This document shows, in pieces, positions 63,621-64,000 of a DNA stretch of 64,000 nucleotides. The DNA comes from an uncultured delta proteobacterium (GTDB lineage Bacteria; Desulfobacterota; Desulfomonilia; UBA1062). The position numbers and the translations under genes were made by a program. The stretch lies in assembly GCA_963785235.1 (NCBI GenBank), contig CAWAUM010000005.1, positions 224,001 to 288,000 on the forward strand, written 5' to 3'. Under the pieces are notes generated by a model. It saw only the letters and a program-made list of their open reading frames with translations. It made no database searches and was not told where the DNA came from. Numbering within the stretch: the stretch's first letter is position 1; each line of letters opens with the position of its first letter.

Positions 63621-64000
63621 ATGGGAAGAAGGGTTAGTGTTGTTCTATTGAGTTTATCATCAATATTTTTAATGGCTTGGTTCCCAGCTATGACACCTGA
63701 CCAAAGAATTGAAATGCAGGCCCAGTGGGGATGGTCACGTGTAGAAACAGATCAAGGTAATGATGGCACCTTAGATGAAATAATTGATTACTATTACAAC
63801 GACCACGGTCAGTTAGTTAGGGAAAGATGGGACACACGATATAACTCGAACAATCTAGATTATTATTACAATGCATATGGGGAACTGGAACATGACGAGT
63901 GGGATTACGATGACGATGGAACAATAGATGAGGTATATTATTATGATCACGATTCATCAGGTATGATGTTTCGCTTGCGCATGGATCATGACGCCGACAA
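63621..64000 (+). CDS. Secreted YD-like repeat protein, partial (runs off the window)
   Basis: Manual translation MGRRVSVVLL..DQGNDGTLDEIIDYYYNDHGQL..DYDDDGTIDEVYYYDHDSSG; open to the window end. Confidence 0.7.
   Translation, partial: MGRRVSVVLLSLSSIFLMAWFPAMTPDQRIEMQAQWGWSRVETDQGNDGTLDEIIDYYYNDHGQLVRERWDTRYNSNNLDYYYNAYGELEHDEWDYDDDGTIDEVYYYDHDSSGMMFRLRMDHDAD

Noticed and set aside
1-64000. tRNA, rRNA, transposase, integrase or prophage genes
   Set aside because: No recognisable signatures found by eye; a tRNAscan/Rfam run would be needed to exclude them formally.

Overview
Bacterial chromosomal window of metabolic and transport genes. Gene content suggests an anaerobic Desulfobacterota-like organism; this is inference. 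In order it holds: a GldAFG-type ABC exporter, two paralogous unknown lipoproteins, glgX plus a CBM48 protein, slyX, an Fe-ADH, and a 5-PAS protein with no output domain. A small Gly-rich secreted protein/TatT/Opp-type ABC operon faces away from FadR-glpD-alkyl-DHAP-synthase. Next come tamAB, a 5'-nucleotidase, an M20 hydrolase, a TPP enzyme, a WYL regulator, an RHH/Zn-ribbon gene heading znuACB, an octaheme-TPR cytochrome, a GH13 amylase and a RACo/ASKHA activator. An AraC-led acyl-CoA catabolic cluster ends in ptb-ACT-buk, followed by a ppk2 (pap) gene bracketed by REP-like hairpins with stacks of truncated copies, and three secreted or outer-membrane proteins. Many genes carry single-base frameshifts, densest at 48.2-55.7 kb and most likely long-read errors. 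No rRNA, tRNA, CRISPR array or transposase was seen. The most intriguing signals are the REP-bracketed ppk2 cassette, the candidate non-Zur zinc regulator with its operator, the TatT/ABC/ether-lipid locus, and a covarying ~85-bp hairpin family.
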